Positions 16,734-25,859 of a stretch of DNA of 64,000 nt are shown piece after piece (positions within the stretch are counted from its first letter, which is position 1; the number at the start of each line of letters is the position of its first letter). Below the pieces are notes generated by a model. That model was not told the origin of the DNA, made no database searches, and saw only the letters and a list, made by a program, of their open reading frames with translations. A program made the translations under genes and the position numbers. This stretch comes from a virus: positions 96,001 through 160,000 of the IMG/VR virus record IMGVR_UViG_3300023202_000336, one strand, 5' to 3'.

Positions 16734-17378
16734 ATGGCAAGACTGAGCCAAAAAGAAGTCATCAACACGATTCGCGATTGCTACGGCGATTTCGAATCGG
16801 TAAGGGAGGGCGATAACGTCCGGGCCTACATCGGCCCGGATATCGAGGTCGTCGTTCCCCCTGGCGGCCCATTCAAGGACCCCGTCGTGGTCAGCGTTCC
16901 CGAGGAACGTATGCACTACGAGTTTCCGATTACCGCGGGTGGCATCGGCGATGCGGTCTTCTTCTTGAGAAAGAAGACCGCATCGCTGAAGGTCAAAGAC
17001 GGCAAGCGGCTCAAGAAAAACGAGCTGATCGCCCGTCGTGCCCTGTGGATGGCCTTCAAGGCCGCAGTCCCGCTCGAGAGCAAAATCCTCCACGTCGAAG
17101 ACGAGGAGGTGCTTTCCGAGAAGGAGCTGTGGAAGAAGGTGCAACCGAGCAGAACCGAAACGAAGTGGTCCATATTTCTCCGGTACCACTTCGGTCGGGC
17201 GCTCAACCTCAGCATCTGCTGGAACCGGGACGAGGTATGGATCGAACCCGACATCCTGACTCCCGGACGGCAGTCCTGGGTGAGTTCGTACAAGAGTGGA
17301 AGGGATCTCATCGCGAAAGCGATCGAATCAATCCGCGACGAGATCAAGGCACTGCGCGGTGCAGTGATTTTCAGGTGA
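16734..17378 (+). CDS. Hypothetical protein (214 aa)
   Basis: GGAGG RBS; GC3-rich codon usage. Confidence 0.7.
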   Translation: MARLSQKEVINTIRDCYGDFESVREGDNVRAYIGPDIEVVVPPGGPFKDPVVVSVPEERMHYEFPITAGGIGDAVFFLRKKTASLKVKDGKRLKKNELIARRALWMAFKAAVPLESKILHVEDEEVLSEKELWKKVQPSRTETKWSIFLRYHFGRALNLSICWNRDEVWIEPDILTPGRQSWVSSYKSGRDLIAKAIESIRDEIKALRGAVIFR

Positions 17379-17380
17379 TC

Positions 17381-18496
17381 ATGAAAGGTTGGAAAGAGCT
17401 ACGGCCGAATGGTCGCCAACTTGCCGAGTACTGCGGAGAAGACGGAATCGGGTTCGACTATATCCGTTTCTCCAAAGGACCCGGCAGAACCGAGGCGAAG
17501 GAATTCGCCTCGGAAGAATCCCTCGCCGAATTCCTCGATTCAGGAGGTTTTACGCGATTTCCCTGCGTGTACGTAAAAGCACGAGGATACAAATCAAAGC
17601 GTAAAGCCAGAGTCCATGTCGGTGAGGGGACGCTCGTGGTAGCCATGGAGAACGGTATCACCGTTTCTCGCATGAGAGTTACCGTGAGCAACAGCTACCA
17701 AGAGGAGAGCTACGTGAGGGACAAAAAAGAGTCTCTGCAGGTGCGCAGAGAAAAAGTTCTCGACCGCTTGAGAGTGGTCGAGGCCAACGAGAGTAATACA
17801 GGCGCTGAATCTGCGTTGGGTTCGCGCTACCGTCATCAACTCAGTGAGATTGAGAAAGCAATTTCACGTGCCGAGGAAAGGGACGAAATGTCCGACATCG
17901 ATAAGACCGAAACCGAGATCGAGAAGACCGAGGTCAGCAAGGCCATCGAACCCCACGAGGAGCAGGAGAAGGCGATCGAGCGCAGCCTCGCGCGTGTCTC
18001 CGCCAGCGACGACGACAAGGGCAAGGCCAAGGAGGCCGAGAAGCCCGCGGACCGCAAGCGTGACCATCGCCCGCGCAATCGTCGTCACGAGATCACGGAT
18101 GAAGATGCGTTCAACTTCATCTTCTACGGCTCGCTGACTCCTCCGAGTACCGAGTACCTCCTCGCCGACGAGGTCCTCGATCGTCACGGCGGCTTCCTCG
18201 ACATCGGCGCCATCAAGCGTCTCATGAAGGCCGGCCGGTGCACCATCTGGCTCAACCCGGATGAAAACCCCGTCGAGCAGCTCGGCGGCGAAAAGGTAAA
18301 ACCCACCTACAACGGGTTCCTGGTCAAGAACGACCACGGGAAGTGGGTCGACCCCGAGTGCCGCGTGAACGGCGTGGTGGTGCGGATGGCCGCGATCGAG
18401 ATCGCCTTCAAATACCGGTACTACGATCGTACCGATACCTACATGATGCAGGTGGACTTCCGCATCCACCGCGCTGCACTCGACGTCGTCGAGTGA
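17381..18496 (+). CDS. Hypothetical protein (371 aa), with a possible second in-frame start at 17888
   Basis: Within track ORF 17045..18496; codon bias shifts at MSDIDKTE (17888), which has its own RBS-like ggaaaggga. Confidence 0.55.
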   Translation: MKGWKELRPNGRQLAEYCGEDGIGFDYIRFSKGPGRTEAKEFASEESLAEFLDSGGFTRFPCVYVKARGYKSKRKARVHVGEGTLVVAMENGITVSRMRVTVSNSYQEESYVRDKKESLQVRREKVLDRLRVVEANESNTGAESALGSRYRHQLSEIEKAISRAEERDEMSDIDKTETEIEKTEVSKAIEPHEEQEKAIERSLARVSASDDDKGKAKEAEKPADRKRDHRPRNRRHEITDEDAFNFIFYGSLTPPSTEYLLADEVLDRHGGFLDIGAIKRLMKAGRCTIWLNPDENPVEQLGGEKVKPTYNGFLVKNDHGKWVDPECRVNGVVVRMAAIEIAFKYRYYDRTDTYMMQVDFRIHRAALDVVE

Positions 18497-18536
18497 AGAA
18501 AGAGGGGCCGGCTGTACGGCCGGCCCCTCTTTCTTC
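18495..18536. terminator. Bidirectional intrinsic terminator
   Basis: Perfect 18-bp inverted repeat gaagaaagaggggccggc / gccggcccctctttcttc with a 6-nt loop. Confidence 0.9.
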
Positions 18537-18598
18537 TTTAGTTTGGCGGGCGTAATCCCGTCACGGGGTAGTTGTACCCTACAAAAAGGAGGTCGTGT

Positions 18599-19171
18599 AT
18601 GACCATGATAAGAGTGGACGCGACGGATCTCGCGAAAGATCTCGTGAAGGCGGCGTATTCGCATCGCGGGATCATCAGCGAAGGACGTCTCGTCCAGTTT
18701 CGGCTTCTCATCGGGAAAACCGACGTCTCGTTGTCGTCGGTTCTCGAAGAGATAGCCCTCATACCGGGGAACTGGATAGAGGGGAAAGTAACCCCCGAAG
18801 TCGAAGGCAAAGAGAAGTCGGCGCATATGGTCATCAAGATCGTTGCGAACATGATCGGAGCCTACATATCGACGTCGTTCAAGTTCCTGGGAGAAAAGCT
18901 GGAAGCACACAAAAACAATTCAGAAGAAGTCTTCGAAGAGTTCAAGTCGATGAGAAGTCGGCTCCTTCGTGCGTCGAAGCTGATCCAGCCCCTGGTATTT
19001 CTCGATAAGAAGTGGGAGATGGTGGAGCCCCACCATGTCGAAGCAATCGCGGAGAACATCGAAGACGCTCACAAAAGGCTCGGCTCCACCGGTCTTACGA
19101 TGTTCTTGGGTCCGGGGACACTGGACGCAGTCCGCACATGGTACTCCGAACTCGAACTCGAGGAGGAGTAG
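18599..19171 (+). CDS. Hypothetical protein (190 aa)
   Basis: AAGGAGG RBS before ATG 18599. Confidence 0.7.
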   Translation: MTMIRVDATDLAKDLVKAAYSHRGIISEGRLVQFRLLIGKTDVSLSSVLEEIALIPGNWIEGKVTPEVEGKEKSAHMVIKIVANMIGAYISTSFKFLGEKLEAHKNNSEEVFEEFKSMRSRLLRASKLIQPLVFLDKKWEMVEPHHVEAIAENIEDAHKRLGSTGLTMFLGPGTLDAVRTWYSELELEEE

Positions 19172-19186
19172 TAGGAGGCACTTTTA

Positions 19187-19882
19187 GTGGATGACGAACC
19201 TCAACCGGAAGGTGTCGAGGTTGAGGTACCCGAGAAGCAGGATGGTCAGCGGTCCCTGAACAGGCACGGCCTGTTCAAACCGTTGACCATCCACTTCAAC
19301 GGTATTTCTGCGGACACCCCTTTACCACGCATACGAGAGCGACTCATATGGTTGAAGGTGTTAATCGAAAATGCCGCGAGGCCTGATAACAATGCCGTTT
19401 ATTCGTTGAAGTTGAAGAGAACGGCAACGATTGATTTCGCTATAAATGCGGTAGAGAGAAAAGCAAAACGTATACATACGCCCCGCAAGACGGCTGAAGG
19501 TTACACGTTGATGAGCAGGTCGGAAGCGTACTATAAGACAGTTGGTTCGGCGATTATGTATCTCGACGCGATGATCAGGTATAACGATTTCGCGCAGCTG
19601 TTAGAAATGATTGATACGCTTCGTCACAATGATCCGTCGGTCCTCGACGAGCTTCCTGAACGTCATTACTCAAAGTACTTTCGGTTCAATAGACCGATAT
19701 ACGGCACCAAATATAAAGAGCTGCACCATAAGTTGTTAAAAGAGAAGGAGTCGTACGAGCGCCGAGCAGCGATATTGGAGGTAATTGGAATTGAGAAGAA
19801 TGCAAAACGCGACACTATCAGAGAGGCCCTCCAGGACATCTTGCCTGAAGGGTTGTCAATCGTTTCGAATGAACCTACGTGA
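19187..19882 (+). CDS. Hypothetical protein (231 aa)
   Basis: AGGAGG RBS, GTG start. Confidence 0.65.
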   Translation: MDDEPQPEGVEVEVPEKQDGQRSLNRHGLFKPLTIHFNGISADTPLPRIRERLIWLKVLIENAARPDNNAVYSLKLKRTATIDFAINAVERKAKRIHTPRKTAEGYTLMSRSEAYYKTVGSAIMYLDAMIRYNDFAQLLEMIDTLRHNDPSVLDELPERHYSKYFRFNRPIYGTKYKELHHKLLKEKESYERRAAILEVIGIEKNAKRDTIREALQDILPEGLSIVSNEPT

Positions 19883-20022
19883 GCCCCCTCTTCGTTTCGT
19901 GAATCATTACCCTTGACCCAACAGCGTCGAGGAGTATTGATCTCGGGACGAGAGGAGGCACCAACGGCCTATACGGTCGCGATGCCATCTATCTTATTTT
20001 TTAGCTATCAGTCGGGACCGTC

Positions 20023-20328
20023 GTGAAAACAGTTACAACGCGTATATTAGCCGAAGCGGTGATACTCGATAAGAGCCTCTATCGAGAGATGGGAAGCCCG
20101 TCGAAATTGACGCTGATATATAGCGATGCCGATTTACTGTTGTTTCCCGGATCAACGAAGCAGGTGTACAAGAAGAATAGGTCGATATTAATACCTCTGC
20201 TCGACGAGATAAGAGTCGATGGTGACATCAAGAAAGGCGAATTCGACACTACCGTAGAGTACGCTTGTGGATACCCTATATATAGGGTCAGAGACTGTTT
20301 AACAAAAAGATTTCCTTTTGTTTGCTAG
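20023..20328 (+). CDS. Hypothetical protein (101 aa)
   Basis: ORF in a co-oriented run. Confidence 0.55.
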   Translation: MKTVTTRILAEAVILDKSLYREMGSPSKLTLIYSDADLLLFPGSTKQVYKKNRSILIPLLDEIRVDGDIKKGEFDTTVEYACGYPIYRVRDCLTKRFPFVC

Positions 20329-20340
20329 AAAGGAGCAAAC

Positions 20341-21090
20341 GTGCTAGAATTAGGAGATATCACACTCGCTGTTGATGATAGTAAGCACGCTCTCATTATC
20401 CTCACCGAGAACTTCGATCATGTACCAGAATGGGCACGAACTTCTAAAGAGAACGACAAGGTATCCCTAAATATCAAGGGTGGCCTTGTCGAGTTGGAAG
20501 TCCCATACACAACTCTAAGGCTCGATAGCGATCAGGAAGAGAGTGCGTCAGAGGTGACAGCGCCTCCTCCACCTAATGAGTCGCGCGAAACAGATAAGCC
20601 TAAAAAGAAGAGTAAAAGAAGCGCATATAAGACGCGTTTAAGGGCGACGGCATGGCTCCCCTATTTGAAGGGGGTACTCGCTAAGCACGGGTTTACTTAC
20701 GCGGAAAAGCACGACCACGGCGGAGGCGGTAACCCTAAAATCTGGGAATTCGTCACCGATGGGAAGCGTAAAAATCTTCGGTGTACGGCGTTTACCGAAA
20801 GTCCGAAACGGAAATCAGAGCCTGCGAGGGCTACGCTTAACATCGAGCCTTTCCGTAAGTATAGTGACCTTGTGGACTATTACGCGTTTACATACATGTC
20901 GAAAGAAAAGGTGTATCTCGTCTCGAAGAGTTACATCAATGTAGTAGTCGACGAGCACGTGAAGTCAGTCACCGATAAGCGAGGCGAAGCTCCGGTTACC
21001 TACACCGTCACTCCGCGGCATCTCGACGATATTTGGCTTCGCGAGAGGCGGAAGCCAGCTCATAAGCGCATACTCGAGGTCCTGACGTAG
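20341..21090 (+). CDS. Hypothetical protein (249 aa)
   Basis: AAGGAG RBS; converges on the terminase stop. Confidence 0.65.
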   Translation: MLELGDITLAVDDSKHALIILTENFDHVPEWARTSKENDKVSLNIKGGLVELEVPYTTLRLDSDQEESASEVTAPPPPNESRETDKPKKKSKRSAYKTRLRATAWLPYLKGVLAKHGFTYAEKHDHGGGGNPKIWEFVTDGKRKNLRCTAFTESPKRKSEPARATLNIEPFRKYSDLVDYYAFTYMSKEKVYLVSKSYINVVVDEHVKSVTDKRGEAPVTYTVTPRHLDDIWLRERRKPAHKRILEVLT

Positions 21091-22809
21091 TCATATCGAC
21101 TCGACGAATACCTCAGCGAGCTTCGGCCATCTATTGAGCATGTGATAGATGGCCATCACCCCGAAATTAATGGCGTGTACCACGTCGTCGGTTCTTCTAC
21201 TCATCCGTTTAACGAGTCTCTTCGGAGATCCGCGCGGATTATCGATGGACTCTTCGTAGATGTTAAGGAAGTCACGAAGATGGTCATCGAGGTACTCATC
21301 GTTCTTCGGCAGGAGCACCTGTCCTGACTTGATAAGTTCACAGAGTAGGAGGACCGAGCGTGGTTTGTCGAGTGTAAAGCTCGAACGAGCGCCGATTAGT
21401 TTCGCCGGCTTGTTGTAAAAGACGAGCGGTTTAGTAGTAGCGGTAACGCTATAAGTAAAAGGAATTACTCTTTCAGCCGGCCACCCAGCGGCGTTGAGCA
21501 TCTGCTCCTGAACGTTTCCTTGTCCGCCGTAATCGATAGCTACATATTCGGAATGACTCATACGTGCGACGTTTGCGACGAGTTCCGCTTCGTGTGCATG
21601 ATCTGTCTCATACGGGATCTTATGAAGCCATTTCACTTCTATCACACCCGACGTGAGCACGCCCATCAAGGCGACTGCGGTATTAGATACGAAGTCTTCC
21701 GTATCGGTGGTTTTCTCTTTACCACGTCCGCCCCAGTCAACTCCCACCAGCTGCATGATGTACTGACCGTGAGGCATGTTCTCAGGGTGACACGGTTCGA
21801 CCTTACATGCTTCGCGAATCTGTTCGGCGGTAATAACTTTCGCACCGACGTCGTACGACTCTCCGAGAATCTCGTTATGAAAGACATATGCGGGCTTGTT
21901 CTTCTGAACTTCGAGTATTTCCTGCCACGAATTCGGAGATTCGTAGTGCATAGGAAGGGTCGGTTGTGAGACGTGATATCCTGCGAATTTAGCCCGGCGC
22001 TCGGGAAAATCGTGAACGAAAAATCCGAGCTTACTATTCAGCGGCTTACCGCACTTAGAGCATACGAGCGTCTTGGACCCTAACATCTGAAGCAAGTCAC
22101 CATCGACCGCCGATCGGTTTACACGTTTGCATCCGATTTCCTGACACGGTATATGCCATATCCCTTGAGAAGAGTCCTCCCAGTACAGCTGTATCGGATT
22201 ATCAAATGTTTTCGGCGTACCCGTCATTCGCATGATTTTAAACGGAGACGCACCCATACAGGCTTCGATGATAGGTATGTCCTCGATAGCGAAATCCTGG
22301 GTTTCATCGAGATCTACTTCGTCTGCAGGAACTCCTCGAATGCGGTTCGGATCCCCGTGTGAGTACATGTAGTAAAGATTCGATTCGTTACCAATGCTTC
22401 TCTGTAGTACAGTATCGATGCTTTTATCTCCGATTATGAACCGCTTCGCAGGAGACGTCGAGAGGAACGGTTTCACGTAGTTCTGACTGAATTTACGTAC
22501 CTGCTCGAAGAGAGGCATGACTGTGAGAATGTTGTAGAACGGTTGCGCAGATGCTCTCAGTATCTGAGACGCCGCCATATTTGTACTTTTCGACGTCTGG
22601 CGCCCGGTACGGAAAATCATACGTCTGGGCATATTTTTCAGGCGAAACATCGGTTCGAAGAGAAAATGAGACCACTCGAGAGAGTACGGTTTTCCTCTTA
22701 AACTAAATAACAGCGGGAGCATCTTTGAAAGTGGGCGATCATCGCAGTGGTCGTATTTTTCGAGATACGACTCGACCTGATCCGCGACCTGTAAGGGACT
22801 CCCCGTCAT
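21091..22809 (-). CDS. terL: Terminase large subunit (GpA-like)
   Basis: Walker A RTGRQTSKST, Walker B ADEVDLDETQD, motif III MTGTPKT, nuclease VGVDWGG...DDVVHA; start set at MTGSP (track ORF extends to 22932, overlapping fic). Confidence 0.85.
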   Translation of the reverse strand: MTGSPLQVADQVESYLEKYDHCDDRPLSKMLPLLFSLRGKPYSLEWSHFLFEPMFRLKNMPRRMIFRTGRQTSKSTNMAASQILRASAQPFYNILTVMPLFEQVRKFSQNYVKPFLSTSPAKRFIIGDKSIDTVLQRSIGNESNLYYMYSHGDPNRIRGVPADEVDLDETQDFAIEDIPIIEACMGASPFKIMRMTGTPKTFDNPIQLYWEDSSQGIWHIPCQEIGCKRVNRSAVDGDLLQMLGSKTLVCSKCGKPLNSKLGFFVHDFPERRAKFAGYHVSQPTLPMHYESPNSWQEILEVQKNKPAYVFHNEILGESYDVGAKVITAEQIREACKVEPCHPENMPHGQYIMQLVGVDWGGRGKEKTTDTEDFVSNTAVALMGVLTSGVIEVKWLHKIPYETDHAHEAELVANVARMSHSEYVAIDYGGQGNVQEQMLNAAGWPAERVIPFTYSVTATTKPLVFYNKPAKLIGARSSFTLDKPRSVLLLCELIKSGQVLLPKNDEYLDDHLRDFLNIYEESIDNPRGSPKRLVKRMSRRTDDVVHAINFGVMAIYHMLNRWPKLAEVFVESI

Positions 22810-22858
22810 TATGCCGCAACTTTTATTGCACAATTGCGAAAATGCAAGGAGCTTTTCG

Positions 22859-23404
22859 ATGACCAAGCCATTACCCCTTGATGTAACGAAACTTAGGGAT
22901 TTCGTGATAGAATCAAATACGGTCGAAGGCATCGTCAGAGACGAGAAAACACTTAAGGAGGAGGTAGAAGCTCACGAGCGACTGCTTCGGTGCAAAAAGG
23001 TCGAGGTTCGAGACGTCGTAAGACTCGTGAACACAGTGCAGCCGAACGCTCAGTTCAGGGATCATCAAGATATCCCGGGAGTCTGCGTGATAGCGAGGGT
23101 GCAGCGTCGGCATCATACCGAGACAGTCGTTATGTCCGAACCTCCAGAGAGTGGACCGCTCATCAGGGCCCGTCTACAAGACGTGCTCGATAAAGTCGAG
23201 AGGATGGAGAACGTTTATACGAATCATCTTCTTTATGAAGAGCTTCACCCTTTTACCGACGGGAACGGTCGTTCAGGACGGGCGGTATGGCTATGGCAGA
23301 TGTTGCGTACTGATATACCGTGGGGTTATCGATTCGAGCTACCGTTCCTGCAGAAGTGGTACTATGACTCGTTCTCTATGCTCGCTCAGGAGCCTCGTAT
23401 CTGA
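22859..23404 (+). CDS. fic: Fic-domain protein (AMPylase-type motif)
   Basis: Canonical HPFTDGNGRSGR; AAGGA RBS before ATG 22859. Confidence 0.9.
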   Translation: MTKPLPLDVTKLRDFVIESNTVEGIVRDEKTLKEEVEAHERLLRCKKVEVRDVVRLVNTVQPNAQFRDHQDIPGVCVIARVQRRHHTETVVMSEPPESGPLIRARLQDVLDKVERMENVYTNHLLYEELHPFTDGNGRSGRAVWLWQMLRTDIPWGYRFELPFLQKWYYDSFSMLAQEPRI

Positions 23405-23407
23405 GAC
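23334..23407 (+). repeat. 73-bp direct repeat copy 1 (fic 3' end plus solitary CRISPR repeat C at 23378-23407)
   Basis: 69/73 identical to 23916-23988; repeat C atgctcgctcaggagcctcgtatctgagac is 26/30 to array core and contains the fic stop codon. Confidence 0.9.
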
Positions 23408-23470
23408 GAGATGGATCATCGAGGTAGGCATATATGAGGCAGATAGACACCCGAGTATAGGAGTATATAT

Positions 23471-23534
23471 GAGAAAGTAATCGCGAGCTACTAATGCACG
23501 AGAAGTAATAGCGAGCTACTAACGTACGAGAAAG
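23471..23534. repeat. Tandem 28-29-bp repeat (2.2 copies)
   Basis: gagaaagtaatcgcgagctactaatgcac / gagaagtaatagcgagctactaacgtac / gagaaag. Confidence 0.7.
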
Positions 23535-23548
23535 AAGAGGATACTAGA

Positions 23549-23860
23549 GTGAAGTATACGAGAGTGAAACATGCGAGAAACAAGAGTGCCGCGACCTCCG
23601 GTGAGAAATTCATTTGGAGTGTATTCGCGTGGTCAGCGTTAGGCGCTATCGTTCTAATAGCCTTTGATTACATATGGCCCTACGCAGTCGCAGCCGCGTT
23701 CTGGTGGTCAGTTTTATGGAGCCTTTGCTGGGTTCTGAATACTCTATTCGACAAAGTTGAGTGGCTGGATGACTGGCTTGTAGGAGGGCCCGGACTGAGA
23801 GAAGTAAAAAGGGAGGTCGCTAAATACCATAAAGAACAAGTATTAAAAAAAGAAAGTTGA
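23549..23860 (+). CDS. Small membrane protein (103 aa, two hydrophobic segments)
   Basis: GAGG RBS, GTG start; Trp-rich hydrophobic stretch. Confidence 0.65.
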   Translation: MKYTRVKHARNKSAATSGEKFIWSVFAWSALGAIVLIAFDYIWPYAVAAAFWWSVLWSLCWVLNTLFDKVEWLDDWLVGGPGLREVKREVAKYHKEQVLKKES

Positions 23861-23879
23861 TAGCGCCGAGTGATTGTTC

Positions 23880-23907
23880 GGGCGGGACAAGCCCCCGCCC
23901 TCTTTTT
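23880..23907 (+). terminator. Intrinsic terminator
   Basis: gggcggg...cccgccc followed by tcttttt. Confidence 0.7.
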
Positions 23908-23915
23908 AAATCGAG

Positions 23916-23989
23916 TCGAGCTACCGTTCCTGCAGAAGTGGTACTATGACCCGTTCACTATGCTCGCTCAGGAGCTCCGTATCTGAGAT
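23916..23989 (+). repeat. 73-bp direct repeat copy 2, containing solitary CRISPR repeat D (23960-23989)
   Basis: atgctcgctcaggagctccgtatctgagat, 25/30 to array core. Confidence 0.9.
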
Positions 23990-24075
23990 AAAAAAAACTA
24001 GTGAATCAGAAAATAGATGATATAGGGTATAATAAAACGAAGGTAGGCGTATTTCTGTAATAAAGGGGGGACGTC

Positions 24076-24765
24076 ATGATAGATGCGATGGTAGCATATT
24101 ACGGTAGGCAATTTCGAGTACGTAATAAGAACGTGTATAGATACCTTTCAGGAATGCAAAAGGATTATAACGAGAGAGCTCGAACGAGGTGTAGAGGGTT
24201 CGAATACATGCGTTTACGGAATAGAGGGTCAAATTACTGTGGGAACCCATTTTGCCCGACGTGTTGGCACCGTAAACAAGAACATCTTATTAGCTTCATC
24301 ATGGATGCTCGATCAGATTTATTATTTTTGAGAGTAACTGACGAGGTCCACTGGGAAGATACACTTAACAAAAGATATCTCGATAAACTAAAAAGTAGAA
24401 AATATAGACTCATAGCTCAATGTATTTCTTTTGATAACCTTATAGGCGTGATCGATGATATCGGGTATAAAATAGCAGGCATATATAGCGCGAGTAGAGA
24501 GGTTCACGATGAGGATACACCAGGAGTGTCTTATGTACACGAGCAGGCGAATGATCCTTTGTCGGAGGTGATAGGAGCGGTAGAAAAGCTCGAATACGAA
24601 GGAAGCGATAAAGAGAGTCTTATACATGATTGGCAAGATACTATGAAGCACCCGTATAAGTTTCGTAGGCACTCGAGGTTTAACGAGTATATTCGTAGGT
24701 TTGAAACGTTTCGTATTGAACGAAGTTGGGCGAAACGCGGAATTGTACCCCGAGGAGGACGTTGA
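24076..24765 (+). CDS. Hypothetical protein with a CxxxxCPxC zinc motif (229 aa)
   Basis: YCGNPFCPTCWHRK; low-GC segment. Confidence 0.6.
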   Translation: MIDAMVAYYGRQFRVRNKNVYRYLSGMQKDYNERARTRCRGFEYMRLRNRGSNYCGNPFCPTCWHRKQEHLISFIMDARSDLLFLRVTDEVHWEDTLNKRYLDKLKSRKYRLIAQCISFDNLIGVIDDIGYKIAGIYSASREVHDEDTPGVSYVHEQANDPLSEVIGAVEKLEYEGSDKESLIHDWQDTMKHPYKFRRHSRFNEYIRRFETFRIERSWAKRGIVPRGGR

Positions 24766-25859
24766 TGGCTAATCCGGCATTTATAGCTCTCGGAGATCTT
24801 CATCTTGATTTCTATATTTGGCGTAAATTCAAGCAAGTAAAAGGCGATTCGTTTCTAGGATTCACCTCTTTGATAAATAGAGGTATAGCTCTCGGCGTTC
24901 CGGTCGTACTCGTAGGCGACATATTCGATACAGTCGAGCCAGACCCAGCTATTATACGATTTTTTCGAAGAGAGATGGATAGATGCAGGGATAACGACGT
25001 TGAAGTATACGCGATTCAAGGGAATCACGATCGACGCCCGATACCCTGGTACTCCGCAGTCCACGACTGGCCTATTCATATCGGAGACGGTGAGGAAGTA
25101 GATATAAACGGTATCGGATGCGTTGCTTTCGACAATATGACGCGCGATAAAATAGAAGACGCTATAATGAGCCTGAGAGACTGCGTGCCGAAGCCAGACG
25201 TCCTGTTTCTTCATCAAGCGGTGCGTCAGATGCTGTCATTCGAAGGGGCGTGGAATTGCGATCTCGATTGGATACCGGAAGGCATCCCGGCCACTATAAT
25301 GGGTGATATACATAAAGAATGGGAACATAAAATACGCGAAGGACAGAAGGCGTATTATACCGGCTCGAGCCATCCGAGAGAAGCGCCGGAGATAGGTTCG
25401 AAATCATGTATCGTCGTAAATGACGATCTTTCGGTTGAGAGACTTCCAATTGATTATAGGCCTATGACGAAACTCTATGTGAGATCTGATAAAGAACTAG
25501 AGGATCTGCGATCATGGGTCAACGAGGCTGTCGAGTCGAATCCGAAACTTCCTCCGTTCGCCTGGGTTGTGGCGTCTCCGGAGAAAGAGAGCGATATACT
25601 GGAGTTCAGAGAATCCTTCGAGGACGGCTCAGTTATAATCATAACCGAACCTTTCACATTTAAAGATGATATAGAAGATCCAATAGTTGATGATGAGGAA
25701 TGTTTAAGTATAGAAGCGCTACTTTCAAGATTCTTCGATCCAGATGAAGAACCAAAGAGTTATTCGTTTGCGGCTGACCTGCTCGGTCAGTCGAAGAGCG
25801 TTCTCGACGTAATAGGAGAACGCAGGGACCAATTCTATCAGGAGACCGAAGGTTCATGA
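24765..25859 (+). CDS. sbcD: Mre11/SbcD-like metallophosphoesterase nuclease
   Basis: GDLH, VGDIFD, QGNHD, FLHQ, MGDIH, YTGS motifs; GGAGG RBS. Confidence 0.9.
   Translation: MANPAFIALGDLHLDFYIWRKFKQVKGDSFLGFTSLINRGIALGVPVVLVGDIFDTVEPDPAIIRFFRREMDRCRDNDVEVYAIQGNHDRRPIPWYSAVHDWPIHIGDGEEVDINGIGCVAFDNMTRDKIEDAIMSLRDCVPKPDVLFLHQAVRQMLSFEGAWNCDLDWIPEGIPATIMGDIHKEWEHKIREGQKAYYTGSSHPREAPEIGSKSCIVVNDDLSVERLPIDYRPMTKLYVRSDKELEDLRSWVNEAVESNPKLPPFAWVVASPEKESDILEFRESFEDGSVIIITEPFTFKDDIEDPIVDDEECLSIEALLSRFFDPDEEPKSYSFAADLLGQSKSVLDVIGERRDQFYQETEGS

Noticed and set aside
22551-22570. atgctctcagtatctgagac: 11-nt exact match to the repeat 3' end, with a small hairpin
   Set aside because: It lies antisense within conserved terminase codons (MAASQILRAS), lacks the loop and 5' half, and a single 11-mer hit is plausible by chance; not counted as a solo repeat
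22810-22932. Mutual overlap of the terminase and Fic ORF N-termini in the ORF track
   Set aside because: Downstream starts (22809 minus, 22859 plus with RBS) remove the overlap
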